Source: Promethearchaeota archaeon (GTDB lineage Archaea > Asgardarchaeota > Lokiarchaeia > Sigyniarchaeales > SOKP01). Taken from it: DNA of 64,000 nucleotides. The notes under the pieces are model-generated. The model was not told the origin of the DNA. It ran no database searches and worked only from the letters and a program-made list of their open reading frames with translations. Shown here in pieces: positions 50,608 to 59,105 of the stretch. Numbering within the stretch: position 1 is the stretch's first letter; every line of letters begins with the position of its first letter. The position numbers and the translations under genes were made by a program. The stretch covers positions 279,121 through 343,120 of the forward strand of contig JAUVNS010000005.1 of NCBI GenBank assembly GCA_030599585.1, written 5' to 3'.

Positions 50608-50748
50608 CTTAATTTGTTTAGCTAAAACAATTTTACGTCTTATGTTAAGAATAATCGGTTAATTCGGAATTTAAATGTTGTCGGGTGGATGGATTAGTCA
50701 TTTGTGTACTTACCGAATCTGTATTTATATAGAAAAAAAAGGAAAAAA

Positions 50749-50931
50749 TTAAGAACTAAAAGACTTAAAATACTCACACTTCCCGCCTTTAAGTAACCCT
50801 ATGTTAGTAATTTTCGAATAAGCTTCTTGGTAGTCGGAATCTTGTAGCATCTCGTGTACTTGATCTTTCGAATCGAACTTAATTACGATAAAAATAGAAT
50901 TTTTGGGTATTCTTTTGCTTTGACCTGACAT
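50749..50931 (-). CDS. Small hypothetical protein (DUF1330-like tail)
   Basis: IVIKFDSKDQVHEMLQDSDYQEA. Confidence 0.35.
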   Translation of the reverse strand: MSGQSKRIPKNSIFIVIKFDSKDQVHEMLQDSDYQEAYSKITNIGLLKGGKCEYFKSFSS

Positions 50932-51236
50932 TTGCTTCTAACCATTAAAGTCTGTTTTTGTATACGTTTGTAATACTTTGCCGACGATCGTATATAAAAG
51001 AAAAAGATTGCGTACGATCGCCAACAATTGTCAACAAAATGGTGATTTTGTGATCAAAAGGGTGTGATTGCGGAAAAAATCAAACAAATGAAAACAAAGG
51101 TAAGCAAAAGTATCCTTTTTATTATCTTCGTGTAATCTGAGGAAAAAGGTATAATGGTAACTGAAAGCAAATTCAAGTTTTTCCTTTAAGTATTTAAAAG
51201 AAATTATGTATAGAATAATTGTAGAGGTGAAAGTTT

Positions 51237-52145
51237 ACGAATCAAAAAGTAGAACAGTTTAGAAAGATTGGAAATTATTACATTCATCCTGCCTGTGAAA
51301 TCTACGACGATTTGCGCGGGGAAGAGTTTGACGCTTTGGTTAAGGACATAAAGAAGAAAGGATTAATTCTACCAATAATTTTGTACGATGGAATGATAAT
51401 CGACGGGAAAAATCGATACAGGGCATGTTTAAAAGTAAATGTGGGCCCCATGTTTATGGATTATAAAGGATCTTTATCTCCGATCGATTTGGTTACTTCG
51501 TTAAACGATATCAGAAGGCATTCTAGCCCGGCGAAAAAAGCAGAAACGGCAAAGCGGATTATGGAATTTTTAAGAGACGAAAACGAAGATGCTAAACTCG
51601 AAGAAGCGCTAAAAGACGAAGACGAAGCAACGAAGGAGAAAGTTAAGCTCGTAAGAGAAAAGAAAAAAATCATTAATGCCGCTGAAATGGCAGGGACGTC
51701 GAGCGAGACTATGAAGCAAAGCATTATAATCGGCGAAATAGCTCAAGACCACCCAGAAATCGCTAAATATTGGGAAGAAGCGAAAAAAGGCAAAAGGTCG
51801 GTTAGTTCGGTATATAAAGCGGCGGTAAAAATGCAAAAAGAACAAGAAGAGAGTCCACAATTAAAACTGGGAGAGGAAGAATCAAAAGATACTAGACCGA
51901 TTTTAGTTCAAGTAAACGAAAAACTTCGGGCAGAAATTAAAGATGTGCGCAACGAAGTTATGGAATGGAGGGACAAATACCACAACTTAAAAGTTATTTA
52001 CGAGAATCTAGAAAAGAAATATAATAATCTTAGAAATGCGATGAAAACCGCGTTTGAGAGCGTTGGGATGGCTGACGGGAGATCCAAGAAAGAAAATCCT
52101 TTTTCTGATACAAAACAGTTGAGAGAAGCGGAATTAAAATATTAA
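51237..52145 (+). CDS. ParB/Srx-like N-terminal domain protein with coiled-coil C-terminus
   Basis: HPACEIY..L...EFDALVKDIKKKGLILPI...IIDGKNRYRAC; frame open upstream of 51312 to ACG at 51237 behind GAGGTGA. Confidence 0.75.
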   Translation, partial: TNQKVEQFRKIGNYYIHPACEIYDDLRGEEFDALVKDIKKKGLILPIILYDGMIIDGKNRYRACLKVNVGPMFMDYKGSLSPIDLVTSLNDIRRHSSPAKKAETAKRIMEFLRDENEDAKLEEALKDEDEATKEKVKLVREKKKIINAAEMAGTSSETMKQSIIIGEIAQDHPEIAKYWEEAKKGKRSVSSVYKAAVKMQKEQEESPQLKLGEEESKDTRPILVQVNEKLRAEIKDVRNEVMEWRDKYHNLKVIYENLEKKYNNLRNAMKTAFESVGMADGRSKKENPFSDTKQLREAELKY

Positions 52146-52309
52146 AATATTTTGAATAAGGAAAAATTCGAACAGAAAATAAAGAAAAAAATCGCTAAAA
52201 GAAAGCAAAAACATTGATGTTGGTGGAAATATAGACATGTTTGCAGTATTTGGCGATTAACCATAAGAAATTTTTCCTTTATATATGGAAAAAAATTGAA
52301 TTTTTCATA

Positions 52310-53212
52310 ATGACCGAACAAAAAAATCCTGAGAAGGTATGCGAGTTTTGCGGTTGTAATTACAATCCAACAAGGAGTAATCAGAAATTTTGCTCTAAAA
52401 AATGTGGTTCGGCAGATAACTACCAAAAAAACAAAGATAAGAGAAAAGAAAGAGAGAAAATTTATCGAGAAAACAACAAAGGAAAAATAGCAGAGCGTGC
52501 TAAAAAATATCGAGAAGCTAATAAAGAAAAAATCTCAGAATATAGGAAAAAATACAATCAAGAAAATAAGGAACGGAGATCAGAATACAACAAAAAATAT
52601 TACCAAGAAAATAAGGATCAAATAGACGCAAGAATTAAAAAATATAACGAGAATAACAAGGAAAAAGTCGCTGAGCGTAAAAAAAAATATGCTGAAGCAA
52701 ATAAAACTCAAATTGAAGAGTGGCGAAAAAAATACAACGAAGAACATAAAGAAGAGATAGCTGAACGAGGTAGAAAATACAGGGAAGCGAATAAGGAAAA
52801 AATTGCAGAGCTCAGTAAAATATATCGGGAAGCAAACAAACAGAAATTAGCCGAGGCCAATAAGAAATATTACGAAGCAAACAAAGAAAAAATTGCTGAA
52901 TATCATAGAAGAAATTACAAGGAAAACGTTGCAAGCATTAAAGAACAACACAAAAAATACTATAACGGGCACAAAAAGGAAACTGTGGCGCAAACTAAGA
53001 AGTATTACCAGAATATCTACGAGGAGTGCGAGCAAGGATTAATTAAGAATACTTTAATCCATCTAATCTTTGATTTTCTGAACAATAATCTGGAAACGAG
53101 TCTGGACGAACTGCGCGTTATGTTCTACCACAATAATCCAGGTTCAGTTGCGAGTTTTTACTTTTGGTGGTATAATTTAACGTACGAAAAATACGTGGAA
53201 ATAGAAATTTAA
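52310..53212 (+). CDS. Zn finger + KKYxExNKEKIAE repeat + C-terminal helical domain protein, paralog 1
   Basis: CEFC...FCSKKC; ~15-aa repeats; ATG MTEQK preferred as start. Confidence 0.7.
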   Translation: MTEQKNPEKVCEFCGCNYNPTRSNQKFCSKKCGSADNYQKNKDKRKEREKIYRENNKGKIAERAKKYREANKEKISEYRKKYNQENKERRSEYNKKYYQENKDQIDARIKKYNENNKEKVAERKKKYAEANKTQIEEWRKKYNEEHKEEIAERGRKYREANKEKIAELSKIYREANKQKLAEANKKYYEANKEKIAEYHRRNYKENVASIKEQHKKYYNGHKKETVAQTKKYYQNIYEECEQGLIKNTLIHLIFDFLNNNLETSLDELRVMFYHNNPGSVASFYFWWYNLTYEKYVEIEI

Positions 53213-53257
53213 GATTTTAAACTTTAATTGTTTTAATAGAAACGAGAATTACCAATC

Positions 53258-53950
53258 TTGAATAATCATAACCAATGTGGAAAAAGTTATGCTCCTACAG
53301 GTCTTAATCAAAAATTTTGTAGAAATAAGTGTCAGCATGATAATTGGCGGTTGGAGAACAAAGAAAAGGTAAATAGATCAACTAATAAATACTATCACAG
53401 TCACAAACCAAAATCGCAAGTAAAAGCTTGCGAGTATTGTGGGGACGAATTTGTACCATTAAAAAACAATATTAAATATTGTTGCGAAGGGTGCAGAGTT
53501 GCGAAACGTCGGTTAAAACGCGCGCAATACAATAAAAAATACAGTAAGTCGAACCCCGAGAAAGAATCTGCTAGGTTTAAACGGTATAGAGAAGCAAATA
53601 AAGATAAAATAAAAAAATATCAAGAAGAAAACAGAGAACATATACGCGAAAATAATAAAAATTGGCGGTTGTTGAATAAAGAAAAAATTATAGAACGGGC
53701 TAAGATATATAGAGAAGAGCACAGAGAAGAAGTGGACAAACGTATAAGAGATTATTACCGCAGAATATATGAAGAATGCGAACAAGGGGTTGTTAGAGAT
53801 GCTCTCGTCAGTCAGATATTTTCCTTCTTGAACAATTTTCCTGAAACGTCGATTAAAGAACTGGTAATTAAGTTCTATGGGTTTAACCATACCACTGTAA
53901 GGGGTTATTATTACCTGTGGTTTAATTTTACTTTTGAAAAATCAATCTGA
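53258..53950 (+). CDS. Double Zn finger + K/E repeat + C-terminal helical domain protein, paralog 2
   Basis: Shares IYEECEQG...IFxFLNN...W.N.T.EK C-terminus with the upstream gene. Confidence 0.7.
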   Translation: MNNHNQCGKSYAPTGLNQKFCRNKCQHDNWRLENKEKVNRSTNKYYHSHKPKSQVKACEYCGDEFVPLKNNIKYCCEGCRVAKRRLKRAQYNKKYSKSNPEKESARFKRYREANKDKIKKYQEENREHIRENNKNWRLLNKEKIIERAKIYREEHREEVDKRIRDYYRRIYEECEQGVVRDALVSQIFSFLNNFPETSIKELVIKFYGFNHTTVRGYYYLWFNFTFEKSI

Positions 53951-53957
53951 TCCGTTA

Positions 53958-54905
53958 TTATTTAAAAAAATCGTCTGCGTGCACGAACTGAAACCCACAC
54001 CGGTTCGCAAAGGTGTTGTCGACTTTCATATCACCAACCATTATACATTGTGAAGGATCAAGCTTGTGTTTTTCTATAAATTCTACCCCGATTCCAGGCA
54101 TCGGCTTTCTGCAATAACAAACTTGTGGAAACGCCGGATGAGGACAAAATTTACGTTCGAAATCGATCCCTAAAAGCGCGTGGGTGTTTTCGAAGCATTT
54201 GATAAGCTGTTTGATGGTGAAATCTCCTTTAGCAACAAACGATTGATTCGAAACCCCTAAGAGCAAGTAGCCTTTTTTCGGGTATTCTTTTAACACTTCG
54301 GCTCGGTTAGGAAGTATTTCAATATCTTCAGGAGTTGAAGGATATCTTTCTCCTGACTTCGTTTTTCTAAGAGTCCCGTCGTAATCTAAAATAATAGCTT
54401 TGTTTTTATATACTGTTTTATCAATTTTCCGTTTAAACTTTATCTTTTTTACGTTGTGAAACCCTTCTTCTTTTTTTGGAGTTTGAACCGTCTTTCGGTA
54501 CTTGTAGATTACTACCGGAGGATAAACACCCACCTCTTTTGTATTTTTTATCTCTTCGGGGTTTAAAAGGCTTCCGTAGGTGTCGATTAACCGCTTAGAA
54601 GCGTTATATAAAGTGTCTCCAACGTCAATATTAATGTATTTACAGTGAATTTCGAAATCGTTGTCGTGGGCCCATTTGATAATTGACTGTCGAGACTCTA
54701 CTGTCGGGTAGGTGTTATCCATAACAAATTGAGAAGTTTTGCTGTTAATATACTGGTGTTCTACGTGTTTGACTAAATCGTTTAACGACCCGCCCAGTTC
54801 GTCCCTATTAACCCTATAACGTCCTTGAGTTTCGTATTTTTTTGCGAGCACAGTTTTTCCTGAAGCAGGATATCCCATAACGATAATAATTTCTTTTTTC
54901 GTCAT
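53958..54905 (-). CDS. Polynucleotide kinase/3'-phosphatase (kinase + HAD-IIIA)
   Basis: GYPASGKT, RVNRD, MDNT; LDYDGTL, SNQS, CRKPMPG, MVGD. Confidence 0.88.
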   Translation of the reverse strand: MTKKEIIIVMGYPASGKTVLAKKYETQGRYRVNRDELGGSLNDLVKHVEHQYINSKTSQFVMDNTYPTVESRQSIIKWAHDNDFEIHCKYINIDVGDTLYNASKRLIDTYGSLLNPEEIKNTKEVGVYPPVVIYKYRKTVQTPKKEEGFHNVKKIKFKRKIDKTVYKNKAIILDYDGTLRKTKSGERYPSTPEDIEILPNRAEVLKEYPKKGYLLLGVSNQSFVAKGDFTIKQLIKCFENTHALLGIDFERKFCPHPAFPQVCYCRKPMPGIGVEFIEKHKLDPSQCIMVGDMKVDNTFANRCGFQFVHADDFFK

Positions 54906-54983
54906 ATTCGCTCTTTATTTGTGTAATGCTTATTAAATTAAAAAACAAAAAAAAAGAATAGAGAGTGTCTAACTTTATTGTAA

Positions 54984-56843
54984 TTAACAATGTTTACAAG
55001 CGAAGATTTTCTTGTTGTCTGGATATATTTGCAAGAAGACAAATTTGCCGCACTTTGCGCAGAGAACGTCGGTTTCTCGTTCTTCCAACAGTTCCCCTAG
55101 CTGCTCCATTAGCAACAATCCTTTCCTAACAATTGGTTTACCGAAACCAAGTTCTTTCTGTAACAACTCAATTTGATGGAAATTTATTTTCCTGCCTATT
55201 ACACCCGTAATAATTAGCTTTATCGCTCCCTTTTTAATAGACGGACAAGAAGCGCAAATAGTGGTTGCGAGAATGATCGCTTCGTCCCAAAAAAGATTTC
55301 TTTCCTTCAATAACTCAGTTATACTTTGAATCTGCGCTTCGATTTTTTGAACTTTATCTGCTACAGCCCTTAGATCTTTAGCTTCTACTTGTGGTATTTT
55401 TGGCGCGGAAGCAATAATTTCGAGGTAATCAAATATCGACTGGAGGTTAATTTGTTTTTTAATAACTAGATTAACCTGTGTTGCAATGGTTTCACCAGCA
55501 AACTTTTTGAGGGCTAGATTTGTTCTTATGGCGGTCCCGCTGATACCGATTAGATTTGCTACCTCTTGCTTAGGGATTTGTGGAAAGCTCAACGCCAATG
55601 CTATCCCTAAAACTGTTTTCTCAAATCGGTAAAGTTTTACTTCAGACAAGTAACGACCAGTCTTTGTAATATTTTTTTTAACGCTCTCTTCGTTTTGCAG
55701 GAGAAGGTAGTCTAACTTGCTTAACGGAATTTTTTGACTTCTTTTTTCTTTAATTTTTCTTAACAGTTCGAAGTAGAATTGGACTATTGGTTCGGGGTTA
55801 ATAGAACCTCTTGGGACTTGTAATTTTGCTCGTTTTACCCGATCTCTAGGGGGGATGTATTTATAAGCAGCGTGACCTTCGAGATTATTTTCTACGATTT
55901 GTTTTATAATCTTTTGCTGTCGATGGAGCCTCAGAGCGATCTCTAGATAACTCAACCCTTTCTTCCTGAGTTGACAAGCAGCGTCGATTTCTTGTTGCGT
56001 AACGTTATATCGGATTTTATAATTTCTATAATCGCCTAATTTATCCTTTAATAAGGCTATAATTTTATTTTTGGGATTTTCTACTAAATAAACCACTTGA
56101 ACGAGAGTAAGACCCGAGCACCATAAATCTACGACTTCTTCCTCTACCGTTCTAGCGTCAATTTCGGCTAAGGAAGTCTTTTTGCGTATCTTCCCTTTTA
56201 TCAGCTCAAAAGATGATTTAAGCTTAAAAGTACTGGGAATACCTAGGTAAGGAAAAATTTTAGTAGTAATTGATTTGTGAAGGCTACTTTGGCGGATACC
56301 GGCTCTATTACAGATAAATCTCATGCTCACATCGTGAAGGTCGAACGAAATCGCTGTGAGCCCGCAGATTACTGCCGCTACGAGTTCTTCTTTCGTATAC
56401 TGTACGATCGGATAAAAATGGTCGAAAAGAGTTAAAGCGTGCGAAACAATCCTTTCTTCTACGAAGAAGCTTTTTAAAATGGTCCTGATGTATTTCTTAA
56501 CAATACTTGGTTTGTCTCGAGCGTTAAATTCAGGGTATATTTTTATAACTTTTTTTAAATCCGTAGTAAAATCGTAATACTTTACGTTGTACAAACGCAA
56601 CAAATCCGGAAGAATAAGTAAAATCCCCCGCGTTTTTAAGAATATGTAGAGCAAACTCGGACCAAGCCTATCTAAAGAAGTAAAATGCGTGTTTGGGTTT
56701 ACCAAGTCTCTTACGCCGTAATAAAAGCGAACGAATTCTTCGCATTTATCGTCCATACCCTCTATCAACAACCAACCCAAAGTGTCCAGAAAAAATTTGC
56801 TAATGTCGCCTTCTACTTGTTTTTCTATCGAAACTGTTTCCAT
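54984..56843 (-). CDS. TFB-like cyclin-fold protein with HTH and C-terminal Zn ribbon, paralog 2
   Basis: First ~320 aa colinear with 47207..48661; extra QEVANLIGISGTAIR segment; CAKCG...CKHC. Confidence 0.6.
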   Translation of the reverse strand: METVSIEKQVEGDISKFFLDTLGWLLIEGMDDKCEEFVRFYYGVRDLVNPNTHFTSLDRLGPSLLYIFLKTRGILLILPDLLRLYNVKYYDFTTDLKKVIKIYPEFNARDKPSIVKKYIRTILKSFFVEERIVSHALTLFDHFYPIVQYTKEELVAAVICGLTAISFDLHDVSMRFICNRAGIRQSSLHKSITTKIFPYLGIPSTFKLKSSFELIKGKIRKKTSLAEIDARTVEEEVVDLWCSGLTLVQVVYLVENPKNKIIALLKDKLGDYRNYKIRYNVTQQEIDAACQLRKKGLSYLEIALRLHRQQKIIKQIVENNLEGHAAYKYIPPRDRVKRAKLQVPRGSINPEPIVQFYFELLRKIKEKRSQKIPLSKLDYLLLQNEESVKKNITKTGRYLSEVKLYRFEKTVLGIALALSFPQIPKQEVANLIGISGTAIRTNLALKKFAGETIATQVNLVIKKQINLQSIFDYLEIIASAPKIPQVEAKDLRAVADKVQKIEAQIQSITELLKERNLFWDEAIILATTICASCPSIKKGAIKLIITGVIGRKINFHQIELLQKELGFGKPIVRKGLLLMEQLGELLEERETDVLCAKCGKFVFLQIYPDNKKIFACKHC

Positions 56844-57098
56844 TTTGTTTTACCTTTATTTTTTTTTAACTGTTTTAATCCCAATATCTGCTTGGTCTAT
56901 ATAAAAGAAAAAGAGGATAATTCGCGCGATGGTGCAATTTTTGTTTTAGTAGAATCGTAGTAATCTGATTTAAACTAATTTGATTAGGAGAAAAGGTTTA
57001 AGTAATTGAAATTAAGAAAAATAATCTAACCAAATTTTTCCTTTATATAAAGTTACATAAACTAAAATATAATTTGAAAAAGTTGGTAAATAAACATT

Positions 57099-58796
57099 AT
57101 GAGCGTTATAAGCGCGAAGGATACTCAGGCTAAAATGCGATACGATTTTCTAATTTCACTTGGAATTTCTCCTAACGAAATCAAAAGCAATCGAAATCTA
57201 CCTCTAAGGACTATACACGCACTACAATCTAACTACGATTCGTTGATAGCGTTGGGGATGGCTCACCGTAAAATAGTGAAGTATACCAGAATCCTTATGA
57301 TGTCTCCAGATACGGTGAAAGAAAAACTTAATTTTTGCGGCGAATTAGGATTGGATGTTCGCAAATTAGTGCAAGCGCCTCGTACTTTGTGCCTAAAAAC
57401 CACTACTTTGCGAAAGAGATACGAGTATTTAAAATCTTTAGGGTTCTCTAACTCCAGAATTAGCACTTTTAATCCTCTATTAAGAAAAACTTTGCGATCC
57501 CTTCAAGAAAACTACGATTTTTTGCTAAGTAATGGATTTACGCCTAAAAAAATAGTTCAAAGCCCACAATTATTAGGGAGATCGCACGTTTCGTTATTAA
57601 AAAATGTTAGATATCTAGCTTCACATGGAATAAAAGAAGAAAAAACTAAACAGTATCCGTTTTTACTGGGGTTCAGTCAAGAAACGCTAAAAAATAAGTT
57701 TGAGGGTTTGAGAACCTTGGGCGTATCTCAAAGGCAAATTCAACGTTTTCCGTTCCTGTTATCGAGGAAGGTAGAGACGTTACAAAAAAAATACGATTAC
57801 CTCGTATCCTTAGGGTTTACGCCCTCCAAAATTTCTTCTTGTTCCGATTTACTCGCCTACGACGTCAATACGATTAAAGAACATTATTTACACCTAAAAA
57901 GTGTGGGGTATTCCAAAAAATTAATTGAGGACAATCCGGAGCTTTTACGCATGGCGTTGGAGACGATTGATTCGAAATTAAATTTGTTAAGAACAAGGGG
58001 GTTAAACGAAGGTGACGTGCTCAAGAACCCTCTTCTCTTGCGTTTGTCCGAAGAAACGTTAAACGCAAAACTAGATTTTTTGGAGTACGAACTTGGATTT
58101 TCTCCTGCTAAAATATCAAAGCATTTAAGATTGGTGCTTTCTAAGATAGATAGCCTCAAAGAGAAATTAAGAGTCTTTATCGGTCTTGGTATCGAGCAAA
58201 AGAAAATATTGAAGCATCCTCCGCTCCTTCAAGCAAGCTCCGATACTATTCGACGTAAGATCGATAATCTGCGAAAATTAGGAATATCTATGAAAAAAAT
58301 TTCTGACTACGCGGGGTTGCTGCTTCGTAATCCAGAAAAGTTAAACCAAAATTTTCAGTATTTAACGGAACTCGGAGTAAAAAAATACCGAATTTGCGCT
58401 CAGCCTCAAATTCTATATGGAAATCCCGATTCTTTTGCAAAAAGGTTCCGTATTATAAAATTAAATGTTCTTCGGTTAAAAATGAGAGATGATTTCGAAG
58501 TAAATAATTATCCTCACTTTTTCCATCGCTCTCCCGCAACATTTTTGGCTAAAATTCACTACTTAACCGATGCAGAAATCAATTATGTTAAAAACGCAAA
58601 TTTGCTGACGCATTCTTGGCAAAAATTGATTACGAAAGCTATTGGGGAGAATGTGTCTAAAGAATACGCGAGTAACACTTCAAAATCGTATATTGGACCT
58701 TTGAAAGCAAGATACGACGAATGGATGGGAGAATATAGACTCTGGGCTTCAAACTTTGCTTTTAGAAGAGGTCGAAGGTTGATAAAGAAAATTTAG
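57099..58796 (+). CDS. mTERF-like tandem repeat protein (14+ repeats of 31 aa)
   Basis: Repeat consensus PxLLxxSxETLxxKxxYLxSLGxSxxxI, matching the mTERF motif. Confidence 0.8.
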   Translation: MSVISAKDTQAKMRYDFLISLGISPNEIKSNRNLPLRTIHALQSNYDSLIALGMAHRKIVKYTRILMMSPDTVKEKLNFCGELGLDVRKLVQAPRTLCLKTTTLRKRYEYLKSLGFSNSRISTFNPLLRKTLRSLQENYDFLLSNGFTPKKIVQSPQLLGRSHVSLLKNVRYLASHGIKEEKTKQYPFLLGFSQETLKNKFEGLRTLGVSQRQIQRFPFLLSRKVETLQKKYDYLVSLGFTPSKISSCSDLLAYDVNTIKEHYLHLKSVGYSKKLIEDNPELLRMALETIDSKLNLLRTRGLNEGDVLKNPLLLRLSEETLNAKLDFLEYELGFSPAKISKHLRLVLSKIDSLKEKLRVFIGLGIEQKKILKHPPLLQASSDTIRRKIDNLRKLGISMKKISDYAGLLLRNPEKLNQNFQYLTELGVKKYRICAQPQILYGNPDSFAKRFRIIKLNVLRLKMRDDFEVNNYPHFFHRSPATFLAKIHYLTDAEINYVKNANLLTHSWQKLITKAIGENVSKEYASNTSKSYIGPLKARYDEWMGEYRLWASNFAFRRGRRLIKKI

Positions 58797-58875
58797 AATT
58801 TTATTTTTTTTATTTTTACCCTTCCAATTTGCGTATTTTCTTGAAGTATAAATTTTTGTACCTTATTAGTATCCT

Positions 58876-59016
58876 ATGACGCTTGAGAAAGAAAATGGCA
58901 AATTAACCTTTAAAGAAGTGTGTTGGAACATAGTAAAGCTCAACCGATTACAGTACGATAATCATTCTTGGCTAATTAAAATGCTAGAATACGTTTTTTT
59001 GCTCAACACTAGCTAG
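58876..59016 (+). CDS. Possible 46-aa small protein
   Basis: MTLEKENGKLTFKEVCWNIV...; TATA-like gtataaa ~25 bp upstream. Confidence 0.3.
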   Translation: MTLEKENGKLTFKEVCWNIVKLNRLQYDNHSWLIKMLEYVFLLNTS

Positions 59017-59105
59017 TTTTTTGATATTACCAAATTATTTTTTCGGTGGGGGGCACAATACCACTAACCGAACGAACTATTTTTCTTTAAAAACGATGGA
59101 TAGTA

